NCBI GenBank assembly: GCA_951406725.2
Contig: OX597816.1
Coordinates: 27,032,001 to 27,096,000 of the forward strand
Source: Octopus vulgaris
Lineage: Eukaryota
Direction of reading: 5' to 3'
DNA length: 64,000 nucleotides
The position numbers and the translations under genes are program-made. Positions within the stretch are counted from its first letter, which is position 1. Every line of letters starts with the position of its first letter. A model generated the notes under the pieces. The model had not been told where the DNA came from, searched no databases, and saw nothing but the letters and a program-made list of their open reading frames with translations. Of the stretch, positions 26,440 to 39,312 are shown one piece after another.

Positions 26440-27600
26440 CATGAAAAACAATTGAGTTGTAAAAAAATTCATGTTTTGGAGGATGGTGTCGAAGGCTTCA
26501 TTGTTAAGAAGGTCATGTGTGGAAATGTATGGTAGGGCTTTTGGTTGTAAATGCTTCTTTAATTTGGGATGTCTGAGTTCGTGGATGTTGAATTGTAGGG
26601 CACGTTCAAAGCATATATTAATTAGTAATGATGGGTAGTTCCTGGTGATGTGTGTATCCTTTAGCTCATGTAGTCGTGTGACTGTGTCCCTAATGCTTGT
26701 ATTAGAAACTAGAGTACAAATCCTTTTTGCTAGGTTGAAGGGGATATTCATTCTAGTGTGTCTGGGGTGGCATGAGTTGATTGGTAGATATTGGTTGGAG
26801 TCTGTGGGTTTATAGTATATATCTGTCTCTATTTCGTTGTTGGATTTCTTAATGTGAATGTCGAAGAAAGGAAGTTGTTGATGACTATATTCCATCGTGA
26901 ATTGAATGTTAACGTCAAGTCCATTTATAAGTGCTTGAAATTCTTTAAGTCTCTCTATACTTTCATGCCAAAGAATGAAACAGTCATCCAGGTACCTCTT
27001 CCAGTTATTTTCTATGTAGAGGGAGAATGGGTTACCGTATTTTTCTAGTACCACAAACTCAGACATCCCAAATTAAAGAAGGATTTACAACCAAAAGCCC
27101 TACCACACACAACCCTCTTAACAATGAAGTCTTTGACACCATCCTCCAAAACATTCCCCAACTAAAAAGGGACCACAGGATGAATTTAATCCTCTAAACG
27201 CACACCATCATAAAGAACAAAAAGACAGTCCAAATCTATGAAAAGTCTCCTAACACAAGTCCGAATGTACTCAACAACAACACTGAAGCCTTCAGCAAAA
27301 ATATGCGGAAGACCTAACTGTGGTATATGCGTCAACCTAATTGAGGGATCAGAGTTCTTTTTCAAACAGGATCAACGTTTCACAGTGAATAGCAACTTCA
27401 CATGTGCTTTAAAGAACCTGATACGCACTAACCTGCTCTGGGTGTCGTGAACAATACATAAGCAAAACCCAAAACAGTCTACATCAAAGGATGGTTCTGC
27501 ACAGATCCCAGATTAAAATTCCGAAAAACTGAGAAATAGCATTCAGCGAACACATCGACATTTGTGCCATATCCACATTTAGTTATATGGCATTCTTTCG
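26440..27600. mobile_element. Penelope-like element remnant with internal inversion (RT C-terminus on -, GIY-YIG on +)
   Basis: - ORF WKRYLDDCFILW...IQFTME...LPFFDIHI...IETDIYYKPTD...SCHP; + ORF CGRPNCGIC...NFTCALKNLI. About 100 bp at 26470-26580 recurs inverted at 27055-27155. Confidence 0.88.
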
Positions 27601-27877
27601 TTAGAAGCAGCAAAGTTGTCAAAAAAATGTCAACTCGATCATATGGTTGTTCGTTAATTTCCGTAAATTTTTTGTATTTCTTTATGCTTTGAAGAGACCA
27701 GAAATTGAAAGAGAGGAGAAAGTGAAACGGCAACATTTGCTTTGAAGTGAGAGCAGAAAGTGAAAGATGTACGTACTTGTATATGAAATGGACATGTGTG
27801 TGTGTGTGTGCGTGCCTGAGAGAGAGAGAGTGAAGGTATGTGTTGTCATGTATGTATTTTTTTGTATGTATGTGTGC

Positions 27878-27923
<46 letters not shown>

Positions 27924-28189
27924 ACAAGAGAGCGAGAGACAGAGACTAACCACTTGATTATATCTTCACATTTGATTCCCAGTTCTAATAATTCTTATGA
28001 TATTTGACCCCTAATTATTTCTTTTTATAATAGTGCTCAATTGCTCAGTAAATATTGCTTTCATTATTTTATCACAGTCATAATCTTTCTTTTTAAAACA
28101 AATATCAAGGTAATCCAACTACGGAGGGAGAGGCAATTTGTCATGTTTTATCTTCCCCTCAATGTAATTCAGTAATTTTACTCAAAAAC

Positions 28190-28512
28190 AACACTTCTGC
28201 ACCCTCCCTATTCACCAGATTTAGCATCTGCAGGCTTGCATCTCTTCCCCAAGATGAAAAGACAGCTCAAAGGTTGCTGTTGTAACACTGTTGTTGAGAC
28301 CCACTGTTGAGACCCAGAACAAATTGAAGAAGGTCCTCAACTCACTTACTGAAAATGACTTCCAGGCCAAATTCCAAAAGTGGCAGGAATGCTGGGACCA
28401 GTGTATTGCTGCATAAGGTGACTATTTCGAATGAGATGATGTTAAAACTTAGGTAAATAAGTTATTTTTTATTAGACATAACTAGTCTAGGAACCTTTTG
28501 ATACCACCTTGT
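28190..28512 (+). mobile_element. Mariner transposase 3' remnant
   Basis: Translates LLHPPYSPDLASAGLHLFPKMKRQLKG. TIR-like end ...GGAACCTTTTGATACCACCTTG. Confidence 0.8.
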
Positions 28513-28779
28513 CTCTATGGAATGCTCAGTCACTTAGATGTTAAATCATTATGTGCAGTAATAGTTGAAGAGAGCAGGGAGGAGAGGAGAAGGGAATTGG
28601 GGGTTGAAGATATCGGGAATCAGGAGCAAGGGGAAAGGTTGGGGGTGAAGAAGTGTATGCAGTTTGCATAACATATGAAACTAAATATGAACTTCTTTTC
28701 TTTCAAAAATGATTTTAATACAAAGGTGTGTGTGTGTGTGAAATTAAATATATTTTTCTTACAAAGCCACCATAGAGGG

Positions 28780-29410
28780 TGATGCTAAGAGGATCTGCCT
28801 CCTGTACAGGAGTAAATCCTGGAACAGTGCAGAAAAGACTAGAAATAAGATAGATAAGGCCAACTCATGGTATGACAACAAAAAATAACAGTGTCATGTT
28901 TGTCAATGCTACTCCTGGTTGCGAACTAGCATACCTTTTTAGAAAAACAGTAAGTAAGGCTAATCTATGGACTATAGTAGTAGAAGGGCCTGGTGCTTCT
29001 ATAAAATCCCTGATCTGTAGAACTTATTCCTTTGATAAGTCCCCATGTACAGAAAGCAATTATGTTGTATATAGGATGAACCCATGGGTTTACTGTAAGG
29101 TTAGGAATATAGTGTAAAGCTTACGATGTACTGAGGGACGGTGCAGAAGCATGACAACTACTTACATTGGAGAAACTGCATGCAGCATAAGGGAGTGTAT
29201 AGGTGAACAATAGTGAGAGCTCAAAGAAGAGAAAGGCTCGTCAGTGCTCTACCAACATGCTCAAGCAGAACGTAGGCTTGATTAATAACATAGAGGTTAA
29301 AGTATTACTGACGCATAGAACTGACACGACACTTAGACAGGTCACAGAGGCTACACACATACCAGTAGACAGACAGAGCCTCAAAAGAAAACACAAATGG
29401 AATAATAACA
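28780..29410 (+). mobile_element. Penelope-like GIY-YIG endonuclease remnant
   Basis: VMFVNATPGCELA...CKVRNIV followed by YIGETA (~29163), interrupted by stops and frameshifts. Confidence 0.7.
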
Positions 29411-30028
29411 CCTACCACTACACCACACCACACCACACCATATGACTAAAGACAGAAGGGAGAAGAAGAGAGAAGGAAAAGAAATAATAAATAAAACACA
29501 GATACAAACAGGGTAATACACATACAATAGATGTATATGCACATACCTATGATACATATAAGAAATAGAGACAGATAGATTAAAAAAATAAATAAATATA
29601 TTTGTCACTTAACTGTGATAAATATAAGAAATAGAGATAGATAAAAAAAATAATAAATAAATCTATGTAAAGGTCATGAATAAAAACGACATAAAAAGCG
29701 AACACATATAAACACACAAACATACACAATAACTTAACAGACAGCTGCAACAATATCAACAATATGACTAACAACAACAGCAGTAGTGGTGGTGACAATG
29801 ATGATAATAACAACAACAACAACTATGATGGCAGCACCATGGGAGAACACACAATCACAGAGATGCAGGAACTGTGCCAAATGTTCAGTTCCTAGGAGAG
29901 CAACAGTGACAATGGGGTGGGGAGAGAATGGGGCTGAGGGGGAGGTCGAACTGCTATTAAGAAGAATGATGCACACACAAGCATGCACACATACATACAT
30001 ATACACACATGTACACACACACACACAC

Positions 30029-30087
<59 letters not shown>

Positions 30088-30886
30088 GGTGCAAATGCAT
30101 GCACACATAAGGATACACATCATAGAAGAGCAGAATGAAATAAGAAATAAGTGGAGCAAAAACATACACGAAGATGAAAAGTGTATGCTCTGTTGTTGCT
30201 GTTGCTGCTGTCGGTGTAGCTGTGGCCACCGATATCATTGCTGCCATGTGGTTTGTGTTCTATAGCTGGCTGTGCACCTCTACATAATCACAAAAGCTAA
30301 AGTTGAGAGGTTATGCACCTTCTGACAAATTGCCTATACTGCTAACTGCTTTCTAGGTGCAAAACCTGTTCTAACATTTAACTTCTATATGGTTGCTGAA
30401 CTTAATAGCCAAATCTCCCTAAAATCACATCCTGTACTTTTTAAACAAAAAAAGACAAACTGCAAGATACAATGTTTGATGTAGTTTCCCCATGCACACT
30501 ATATCAGTATATCAGATGAGGTGATCACAACTGAAATATTTTTCATCCCCGTCACTTAGCGGTTCGGCAAAAGAGACCGATAGAATAAGTCCTGAGCTTA
30601 CAAAGAATAAGTCCCAGGGTCGATTTGCTCGACTAAAGGTGGTGCTCCAGCATGGCCACAGTCAAATGACTGAAACAAGTAAAAGAGTAAAAGAGTATAC
30701 ATCTGCTGGATCTGAGCTAAGTAATTTATTTCACAGCTTCAAGATATCACATAATTATTACCTACAATTAATCTAGTCTTGTTCACCTCTTCTGTAACAT
30801 CTGTTGCTTCCAACTGATACAAAATATTGGTTTCAAATTGTAGCACAATTTCAGGGAAGAGTATAAGTAAATTACATCAACCCCCA

Positions 30887-30925
<39 letters not shown>

Positions 30926-30926
<1 letters not shown>

Positions 30927-31433
30927 TGGTATAGGCACACACCAGAAAAGGTCACAGAAAACGAGAAAGCAACCATACTCTGGGATATGCCGATACACAC
31001 AGATAGAGAAATTAAGGCCAACAGACCAGATATAGTTGTCAGAGATCATGAAGAAAAAAATGCTTTCTAATTGATGTATCAATACCGGCTGATGACAATG
31101 TGTCTCTAAAAGAAATGGAGAAACTCTCAAAATACAAAGACCTGGAAATAGAGGTAACTAGAATGTGGAATCTGAAAACAGAAACAATTCCTATCATAGT
31201 AGGTGCATTAGGCATGATAAAAAAATATTCAGACAAATACATAACAAAAACACCAGGACTTACAAACACATATAACATACAGAAAATTGCACTACTAGGC
31301 ACTGCACACATCCTACGCAGAACACTTTCCATACAATAACCATCAGAGCATCACAACAAATCACAGCACATACCCAAGGCACACAGAGCTGTGCTCGGTA
31401 GTGAAGTGAAAGCACGCTATAAAAATAAAACTA

Positions 31434-31437
<4 letters not shown>
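30926..31437 (+). mobile_element. 5'-truncated R4/Dong-like non-LTR retrotransposon (restriction-like endonuclease C-terminus plus 3' UTR) inserted in (TAA)n
   Basis: WYRHTPEKVTENEKATILWDMPIHTDREIKANRPDIVV..., then KEMEKLSKYKDLEIEVTRMW...IPIIVGALG. (TAA)n on both sides. Confidence 0.88.
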
Positions 31438-31467
<30 letters not shown>

Positions 31468-31475
31468 GTAATAAT

Positions 31476-31508
<33 letters not shown>

Positions 31509-32387
31509 TTTTATAATGTGGTTTCTGTGTATGTCACCTTAGTGTCATGCACTAATACAGTGTGATATATAGTACCACGGAACAGGGTAGACACCAACTG
31601 TATCCTCTTGATGTATTCCCAAATATTCTACCAACAACTGTAACCAATCCAAAACAACTCTCGATGAACAATAACAACTTCTCAACAATTTACTGCAATG
31701 CCATGAACTCATGAATGACACCTTTTGACTTTCTGCAATTTCTCATCTCTTGCTCTCAGTTGCTGCTTCTTATATAAGCTCAGGTAGTCCATTCTCACAG
31801 GGAGGGGTGGAATGTCCTGATTCTTGTCGTAACATCTCCCCTTTTGAGATTTGACTTCTTTAGGAAGTTGTGTATTTTTTGGAATTAGCCTTAGTAAACA
31901 ATCCTCATGGCCTAACCTCTTGGCGCTTATTTTATCGACCCCCACCCAAAAGGGTAAAAGGTTAAGTCAACCTCAGTGAAATTTGAGCTCAGAAATATAA
32001 AGACAAACAAAACACTGCCAAAGATTTTTTCTGATGCGGTAACAATTCTGCTACCTTGCTGTCTTAAACTGATATTAAACATTGCAAAAAAAAACCAAAA
32101 AAAAAAACCCAGATTAAACAAGAAACAGGTAAAAGTTTCTTTAAACTTTCCCTGAGCTATTACTTTCAATAGCTATTCAACATGGATCAATGACTTTGGA
32201 AATACTCTATTAGATCAATAATTACTCAACTTGATGACGAAACGAAATATCATTGAAAAGAAAAGCAAATTATTTCCAAATGACTTCATTTAATCAAGTG
32301 TTTGATATTTTATCATTTTTAAGTAGTCGACCATACCTTAGAATATTAGAGTGAAACATAATTCACTCGAAGGTATTATAAGTGTCT

Positions 32388-32418
<31 letters not shown>

Positions 32419-32497
32419 CGCATGTGCATGCGTGTATGTATGTGTGAGCACGCACATGTATATGTATATATATATACATACATACATATATATATAA

Positions 32498-32750
32498 TCA
32501 TCATCATCATCATCATCATCGTTTAACGTCCGCTTTCCATGCTAGCATGGGTTGGACGGTTTGACCGGGGATCTGGAAAGCCAGAAGGCTGCACCAGGCC
32601 AGTCAGATCTGGCAGTGTTTCTACAGCTGGATGCCCTTCCTAACGCCAACCACTCCGTGAGTGTAGTGGGTGCTTTTTATGTGCCACCGACACAGGTGCC
32701 AGATGATGCTGGCGAACGGTCACGCTCGGATGGTGTTTTTTATGTGCCAC
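32498..32750 (-). mobile_element. Family D retroposon (3' end with (TGA)n tail)
   Basis: CATCATCGTTTAACGTCCGCTTTCCATGCTAGCATGGGTTGGACGG...GGATGCCCTTCCTAAC. Copies at 33835, 39313 and 61765. Confidence 0.8.
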
Positions 32751-32751
32751 C

Positions 32752-32835
<84 letters not shown>

Positions 32836-32977
32836 CATATATACATATATAAATACACACACACACACACATATATATACATGGTCCAAACTATGCTGTT
32901 ATGAAAAAAAGACAGTGATGATGGTGATGATGATGATGATTATGATGATGACATACACATACACACATACGCACTCA

Positions 32978-33184
32978 TACTTTTTTTACTTGTTTCATTC
33001 ATTTGACTGCAGCTATGCCGAAACACCACCTTGAAGGGTTTTAGTCAAAGAAGTTGACCCTAGGTCTTCATTTACTTTAAGCCTATTACTTATTCTTTTG
33101 GTCCCTTTTGCTGAACTGTTAAGCTGGGATGGAACCCTAAACACCAACACCAGTTGTCAAGCAGAGATGGAGGACAAACACACA

Positions 33185-33233
<49 letters not shown>

Positions 33234-33705
33234 CACTGTGATCACCGTGACCGACCAGGCTATCAGATGTTGCTACACATCGCTGGTCACAATGCGTTTC
33301 GCATTGTTTTAGCCTTTAAATGATGCCACCCCGCTGGCTAAGCGAGCAGGCCAACAGAAGAACGAGTGAGAGAAAGTTGTGGCGAAAGAGTACAGCAGGG
33401 ATCGCCACCACCCCCTGCCGGAGCCTCTTGGAGCTTTAGGCGTTTTTGCTCAATGAACACTCAATAAACACTCCTGGTCTGGGAATCGAAACCGCGATCC
33501 TACGACCGCAAGTCCGCTGCCCTAACCACTGGGCCCTATATATATATATGAGGGGCTTCTTTCAGTTTCCATATACCAAATCCACTCACAAGGCTTTGGT
33601 TAGACCGAGGCTATAGTAGAAGTCACTTGCCCAAGGTGCTATGCACTGGGACTGAAACCTGACTGTGTGGTTGGTAAGCAAACTTCTTACCACAAAGCCA
33701 CGCCT
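32978..33705 (-). mobile_element. Old family A SINE with a family C SINE (33235-33536, -) nested in its internal (CA)/(TA) microsatellite
   Basis: The two family A halves flank a family C copy bordered by TA repeats. Confidence 0.82.
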
Positions 33706-33834
33706 ATATATTTTTATTATCATTATCCTTGAGTGAGAGGACAGTGCATGCCACCAAAGTGACACTGGGGTAAAATATACAAAGCCCAGTATATCCATCA
33801 TGATTACCTGTCTGATAAGGATACACCAGGCACT

Positions 33835-34005
33835 ACACTCTCAGAGTGGTTGGCGTTAGGAAGGGCATCCAGCTGTAGAAACTCTGCCAGATCAGATTGG
33901 AGCGTGGCACAGCCATCTGGTTCACCAGTCCTCCGTCAAATTGTCCAACCCATGCTAGCATGGAAAGTGGACGTTAAATGATGATGATGATGATGATGAT
34001 GATGA
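33835..34005 (+). mobile_element. Family D retroposon
   Basis: Reverse complement of the 32498 copy; ends in (TGA)n. Confidence 0.8.
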
Positions 34006-34449
34006 ATACATTCTTTAAAGTTATTGGTGTTAGGAAGGGTATCTAGCAGTCGAAACCATATCAAAACTAAAACATTTTAGCAAGATCTTCTTTCCCAGCA
34101 AGGAAAACAGGTGCAACATGATGATGATGATGATTATGATGGGATGTAAGGTGGCAAGCTGGCAGAATCATTAGCATGCCAGACAAAATGCTTAGCCATA
34201 TTTCGTCTGCTATAACATTCTGAGTTCAAATTCCACCGAAGGTGACTATGTCTTTCATCCTTTCGGGATTGATAAATTAAGAACCAGTTGAGTAATCGAC
34301 TTGCCCCTTCCCCTAAAATTTCAGACCTTGTGTCTATAGTAGAAAAGATCATGATGGCAGATGCATTAGTTACCCATAAATAACTGTTTATTTACATTAT
34401 TTACATTATTTACATTTGACAGATATTAGTCCTCATCTTGTTTGTTGTT

Positions 34450-34495
34450 AACACAACGTTTCGGCTGATATACCCTCCAACCTTCATCAGGTATC
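34450..34495 (-). ncRNA. Minimal type I hammerhead ribozyme motif
   Basis: Reverse strand: GATAC-CTGATGA-A-GGTTGG-agggtata-TCAGCC-GAAA-CG-TT-GTGTT. Stems I and II pair (with G-U), stem III is the palindrome ACGT, and the cleavage triplet is GUU. Confidence 0.75.
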
Positions 34496-34551
34496 TTGGG
34501 AAAATTTCAAACCTGGGTTCTCATTCCTAAGGTATTTTTTGATGTTGATGA

Positions 34552-34613
<62 letters not shown>

Positions 34614-34771
34614 TCACTGCCTGGAATCGAACTCGGAATCTTCGGGTTAGTAGCCTGTGCTCTTAACCACTACACCATATGCCCGTGGGCAATTATGGAG
34701 TGAATTATGGCATAGTGGTTAAAAGCGCAGGCTGCTAACCCCAACATTCCGAGTTCGATTCCAGGCAGTGA

Positions 34772-34826
<55 letters not shown>

Positions 34827-34883
34827 CATAACAACATCAAAAAATATCTTAGGAATGGGAACCCAGGTTCGAAATTTCCCCAA

Positions 34884-34929
34884 GACACCTGATGAAGGCT
34901 GGAGAGTACATCAGCCGAAACATTGTGTT
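34884..34929 (+). ncRNA. Minimal type I hammerhead ribozyme motif (stem III CG>CA)
   Basis: GACAC-CTGATGA-A-GGCTGG-agagtaca-TCAGCC-GAAA-CA-TT-GTGTT. Confidence 0.68.
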
Positions 34930-35774
34930 AACAACAAACAAGATGAGGGATAAATCTCCGTCAAATGTAAATAATGTAAATAATCTACATAATTCTTCAT
35001 CTCTTAAATATAGAACTGTAACTCTTTATTATTTTCTTGAACCGACACATGTAAAATATGAATAGAACTTTTCAATTTTCTATCTAAATATCATCATCAT
35101 CATCATCACCACCACTTCCAACACCACCACCACCACCACCACCACACCACCACCAACACCAACACCACCACCACCACCACCACCACAGTCATCATCATCA
35201 TCATTGTCATCGTTACCATCACCACCACCACCACCACCATCATCATCTTTATCCTGAAAGACATACAAAAACATTCTAATAAGGTTATCTATAAGGTTTA
35301 AGAAACTTTTTACTGTTTTCCTTTTTTTTTTTTTTTAGTATTTATTCTTTTGTTTAATGATTTTTCCCCCCCCTTGCTGCTAATGGATTGTCTTATTTGA
35401 TGTAAGTTGATGGTGGTAGATTGGTAACGGATCAATACTACAGAAAAGAAATGAACATTAAATCAAAACTATCTTTAATCAATAAAATTCTAATTACCTG
35501 TAATTGTGTGAGAAGGCTTGGTGGAAAATGTCAAACTATAAAGTGGGTTATTATTCCTTCTGTGGATTTTCAGAATTGGTAGAGTCTGGTTCTTTACTTT
35601 CTAAGTTCAAACCTTACCAAGGTCAACTTTGCCTTTTATCTCTTCAGGGTTGATAGAATAAAATACCAGCCATGTATTAGGGGAAGTGATACTGACTAAC
35701 CTTCTTCCCAAAATTTCAGGTCTGCCACAAACAATTATTTTTAATATTATCATTGAGTCTTTTGCATTTGTCTC

Positions 35775-36012
35775 ATACCTATTTCTTTATTACCCACAAG
35801 GGGCTAAACATAGAGGGGACAAACAAGGACAGACATAGGTATTAAGTTGATTACATCGATCCCAGTGCGTAACTGGTACTTAATTTATCGGCCCCGAAAG
35901 GATGAAAGGCAAAGTTGACCTCAGCGGAATTTGAACTCAGAACGTAACGACAGACGAAATACCGCTAAGCATTTTGCCCAGTGTGCTAACATTTCTGCAA
36001 GCTTGCTGCCTT
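35775..36012 (-). mobile_element. SINE family B
   Basis: Full head, core and tail match other copies. Confidence 0.87.
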
Positions 36013-36369
36013 TTGTCTCATATCACTGGGTTCAATCCATGGTTCTGAGTTTATATAAGGTAGATGTTTTTACTTTGATAACAGCATTCTTTGTAGTATA
36101 TGCACCGTTCATAGGAGAGTCGGTTATTGTAGGGTGGTGTTTCCTGAGATTTTGTTGGTGAATTTTTCCAATCCCTTTCTAATTAACCAAAATCCGTCGG
36201 TTACTACCAGGTGGTTCTCTCCCACATTCTGCAGCCCTCAATCTCAAGGTCTTCTGGTATTGCTCTTTGAACTTAATAAAGATGTTATGGTATACTGGTA
36301 TTCTCATATCAGTCAAGATATTGGTGGTCCATCAGTGTCTGATGATGTCAAAGTCTGTGTTCTCAGCAA

Positions 36370-36760
36370 TGAGAGTGCAAGAACTGGAAGCACACAGGTG
36401 CCCACAGGTGTCATAGTCTCTTGTCTGGACTGAGGTGGATGTTGCTCTCTGACGTCTGTTTCTTGGAGCAGCAAGACGCTGTTGCCTGTCCTCTTTGAAG
36501 GCAGCTGCTGCTTGTGGAGTGAGAGACCTCCACACTGATCAGTCTGCAGCAGAGACTTCAAGTTTGCTTAGACCAATGCTGCTCCATTTGAGATTGCTTT
36601 CCAGGGTGTCCTTGTACCTCAGTTTATCAATCAAGATATTTGTTCTATATTTGATGTTTTCAATTGCAATGTCTGGCATGTTTGCTTTGACTTCTATGTC
36701 AGAACTACAAGCATGTTCTGACAGAGCATGATCATACTATTTCCAGAGACTTTGATGCAA
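36370..36760 (-). mobile_element. RTE-like LINE 3' coding remnant
   Basis: WRSLTPQAAAAFKEDRQQRLAAPRNRRQRATS...DTCGHLCAS resembles RTE ORF C-termini (helical region plus Zn knuckle). Confidence 0.65.
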
Positions 36761-37089
36761 TATTTTCTACAGATTTTCCAGTGTAATGATGCTGATATTT
36801 TGTTGTGGCGGTGGATATATTCATTTTTTGCCAATACTGAAGATGTGGTCGGTGGCTTTTTGAAAGGTTCTGCATATTCTACATGTTTTGTTTATACCTA
36901 TTTCTTTACTATCCACAACAGGCTAAACACAGAGAGGGCAAACAAGGACAGACATAGGTATTAAGTCGATTACATCGACCCCAGTGCGAAATTGGTACTT
37001 TATTTATCGACCCTGAAAGGATGAAAGGCAAAGTCGACCTCGGCGGAATTTGAACTCACAATGTAAGTTCAAATTCCTCCAAGGTCAAC

Positions 37090-38800
37090 TTTGCCTTTTG
37101 TTCATACCATCTTTGATGATGCAGTGGCTATATGACCTGGTGGTAAGACTTTGATCTTGAATAGTGCCAATAGAATCCTCTATCTTTACTATGAGTCCAA
37201 TATCTTCCTCTTCAAGCTTTGTTGGTATTTGCTGCATAACTTTTCCTTTCCAGTTTTATTTTGCCTTTTATCTTTTTCTACAAGCAAAAGATGTAGTTGC
37301 CACTTTTTCATTTCGTGTTAATTCTGGGATATTTAGTACCACTGCACTTTGGCTATTGTCAGCATTTTCTTTGAAATAGTATCTAGTTTCCAAATTTCAC
37401 TCATTGTCCAGTTCATGTTATTGAAACTGTGTGTTACTACATGCACAGCAAACTTGTTAGAGGCATTTAGTTCTATCTTTAGTGTCATTCCTATTCTGTA
37501 ATACACTTTTTGAATTTTCTCTTTCATGTCACAGTGTTGTGTGCCATCTTCATACACACCTAAGTTTTTGTATGTACCTTCCAAGGCCAGCTACTTGATA
37601 TTGGTGCATTTCCAAAATGAACCATTGATGTTATAATAAGCTTGCCCCTCTTGATTGTCACTGTAGCATAAGTATCTAATTTCTCTGTTACTCTTTTACT
37701 TGTTTCAGTCATTTGACTGCGGCCATGCTGGAGCACCACCTTTAGTCAAGCAAACCGACCCTGGGACTTATTCTTTGTAAGCCCAGTACTTATTCTATCG
37801 GTCTCTTTGCCGAACCGCTAAGTGACGGGGACGTAAACACACACCAGCATCAGTTGTCAAGCAATGCTAGGGGGACAAACACAGACACACAAACACACAC
37901 ACACACATACATACATATATATACATATATACGACAGGCTTCTTTCAGTTTACGTCTACCAAAACCACTCACAAGGCATTGGTCGGCCTGGGACTATAGC
38001 AGAAGACACTTGCCCAAGATGCCACGCAGTGGGTTTGAACCCAGAACCATGTGGTTGGTTAGCAAGCTACTTACCACACAGCCACTCCTGCGCCTCTGGA
38101 CTTTATTTTAATATCATCACTGAAGCTCTTTACTATGGCTTGAAGGCCAGCTTATTGGTTATTATTCAAGTTTGTTTTTAGAGTGTTCATATAAAACGGG
38201 CGGTTTGATTTGCTGTTTCATAACCATAATAGTTGTTATTGAGTAAAGTACTGAGTGATGTTAGCATGATGCAGAAAAGCAGGGGAGATAAGTGAGTCTC
38301 CTTGAAAAATTCTATTCTTCATGTGATTTTCCATAGTCCCTTTTATGAAATTTATTGTGATAAGAAGAATTTTATAGATTTCAAAGCTCTTTTCTATCTA
38401 TGTTTGTGGTACACTGTAGTAAACCAAGGCTGTTGACAGTTTTCTTTCCTTCTTGATTTGGCTTCTGCATGTAGGCATTTACTAATTAGCAACTGATATT
38501 AGCCTCCATAGTTTCAACTTTTACATTCTTTCTGGCTGCAAACTGATGTTAGTAAAGAAGATGCCAGTTTTCTCAGTAATAACAGAAGTTCTTATTTATT
38601 ATTGGTAGGCAGGTAATGAGCGTGTAGTTTTGGGTTTGTTACGTGTCTTCTGTCTTAGGAAGCAGGTACATTATGCATTGTGTTCACCATTTCAGACAAT
38701 CATGTGAATTATTTATGGTATTTATTCCATGTTGCATCTGGTGCAGTAAGGAATTTTGTCAGTAAGCAGGTCACAGTCTCAAAGCAACAAAAATATTTTG
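37090..38800 (-). mobile_element. Decayed R4/Dong-like reverse transcriptase, interrupted by a SINE
   Basis: Reverse-strand YLLPKTEDT...LITCL (~38.6 kb), IFQGDSL (~38.3 kb) and TYKNLGV...MKEKIQKVYYR...ELNASNK (37333-37584). Confidence 0.72.
37688..38095 (-). mobile_element. SINE family A
   Basis: Full-length match. Confidence 0.9.
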
Positions 38801-38936
38801 GCAAGTTAAATTTAACTGTTGAAGTGAATCTAACGGTTTTTGTGTGTTTATAAATGACTTATAAACACCTTCCATGCAGCAATTGTTTTTGTTTCAACAC
38901 ACGAGCTCAGATCAGGCCACTTGCTATGCAAGTACA

Positions 38937-38970
<34 letters not shown>

Positions 38971-39312
38971 CATATGCATATATATTTATATAGAGCACCA
39001 GTTTTTCTCTTGATGAAGGGAGCCAGACTTATAGTAATATCTCTATGTGACTATTTACTGATTTCATACCCAAGACTTTTGTGCACATTCCATCTTCTAA
39101 TTATGAGCATTATGGCTATTGTATAATTCTGAACTTCTTGAAACAACTGTTGAGTTAATAAACTATCTATTCTTTTCTCAGTATTCTGTATTTTCTATTC
39201 TCTATGTAAATACATTTGTGTGTGTATTTACATATATGCATCACATGTGTGTGCTTGCACATGCGTGTTTATCTTTATGAATATATGTAGTTATATGTTT
39301 CTATATAGCCTC

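Larger units (their letters stand above)
34393..35018. mobile_element. Head-to-head inverted dimer of a tRNA-headed element carrying a hammerhead ribozyme, with a 12-bp TSD-like repeat
   Basis: Arms ~34393-34684 (-) and 34706-35018 (+) are reverse complements. A box TGGCATAGTGG at 34708, B box GAGTTCGATTCC at 34751. Flanks TAACTGTTTATT (34381-34392) and TAACTCTTTATT (35019-35030). Confidence 0.85.

Noticed and set aside
34611-34773. Two tRNA-Ser-like genes
   Set aside because: No proper acceptor stem or long variable arm, and the anticodon stem is imperfect. They are SINE heads.
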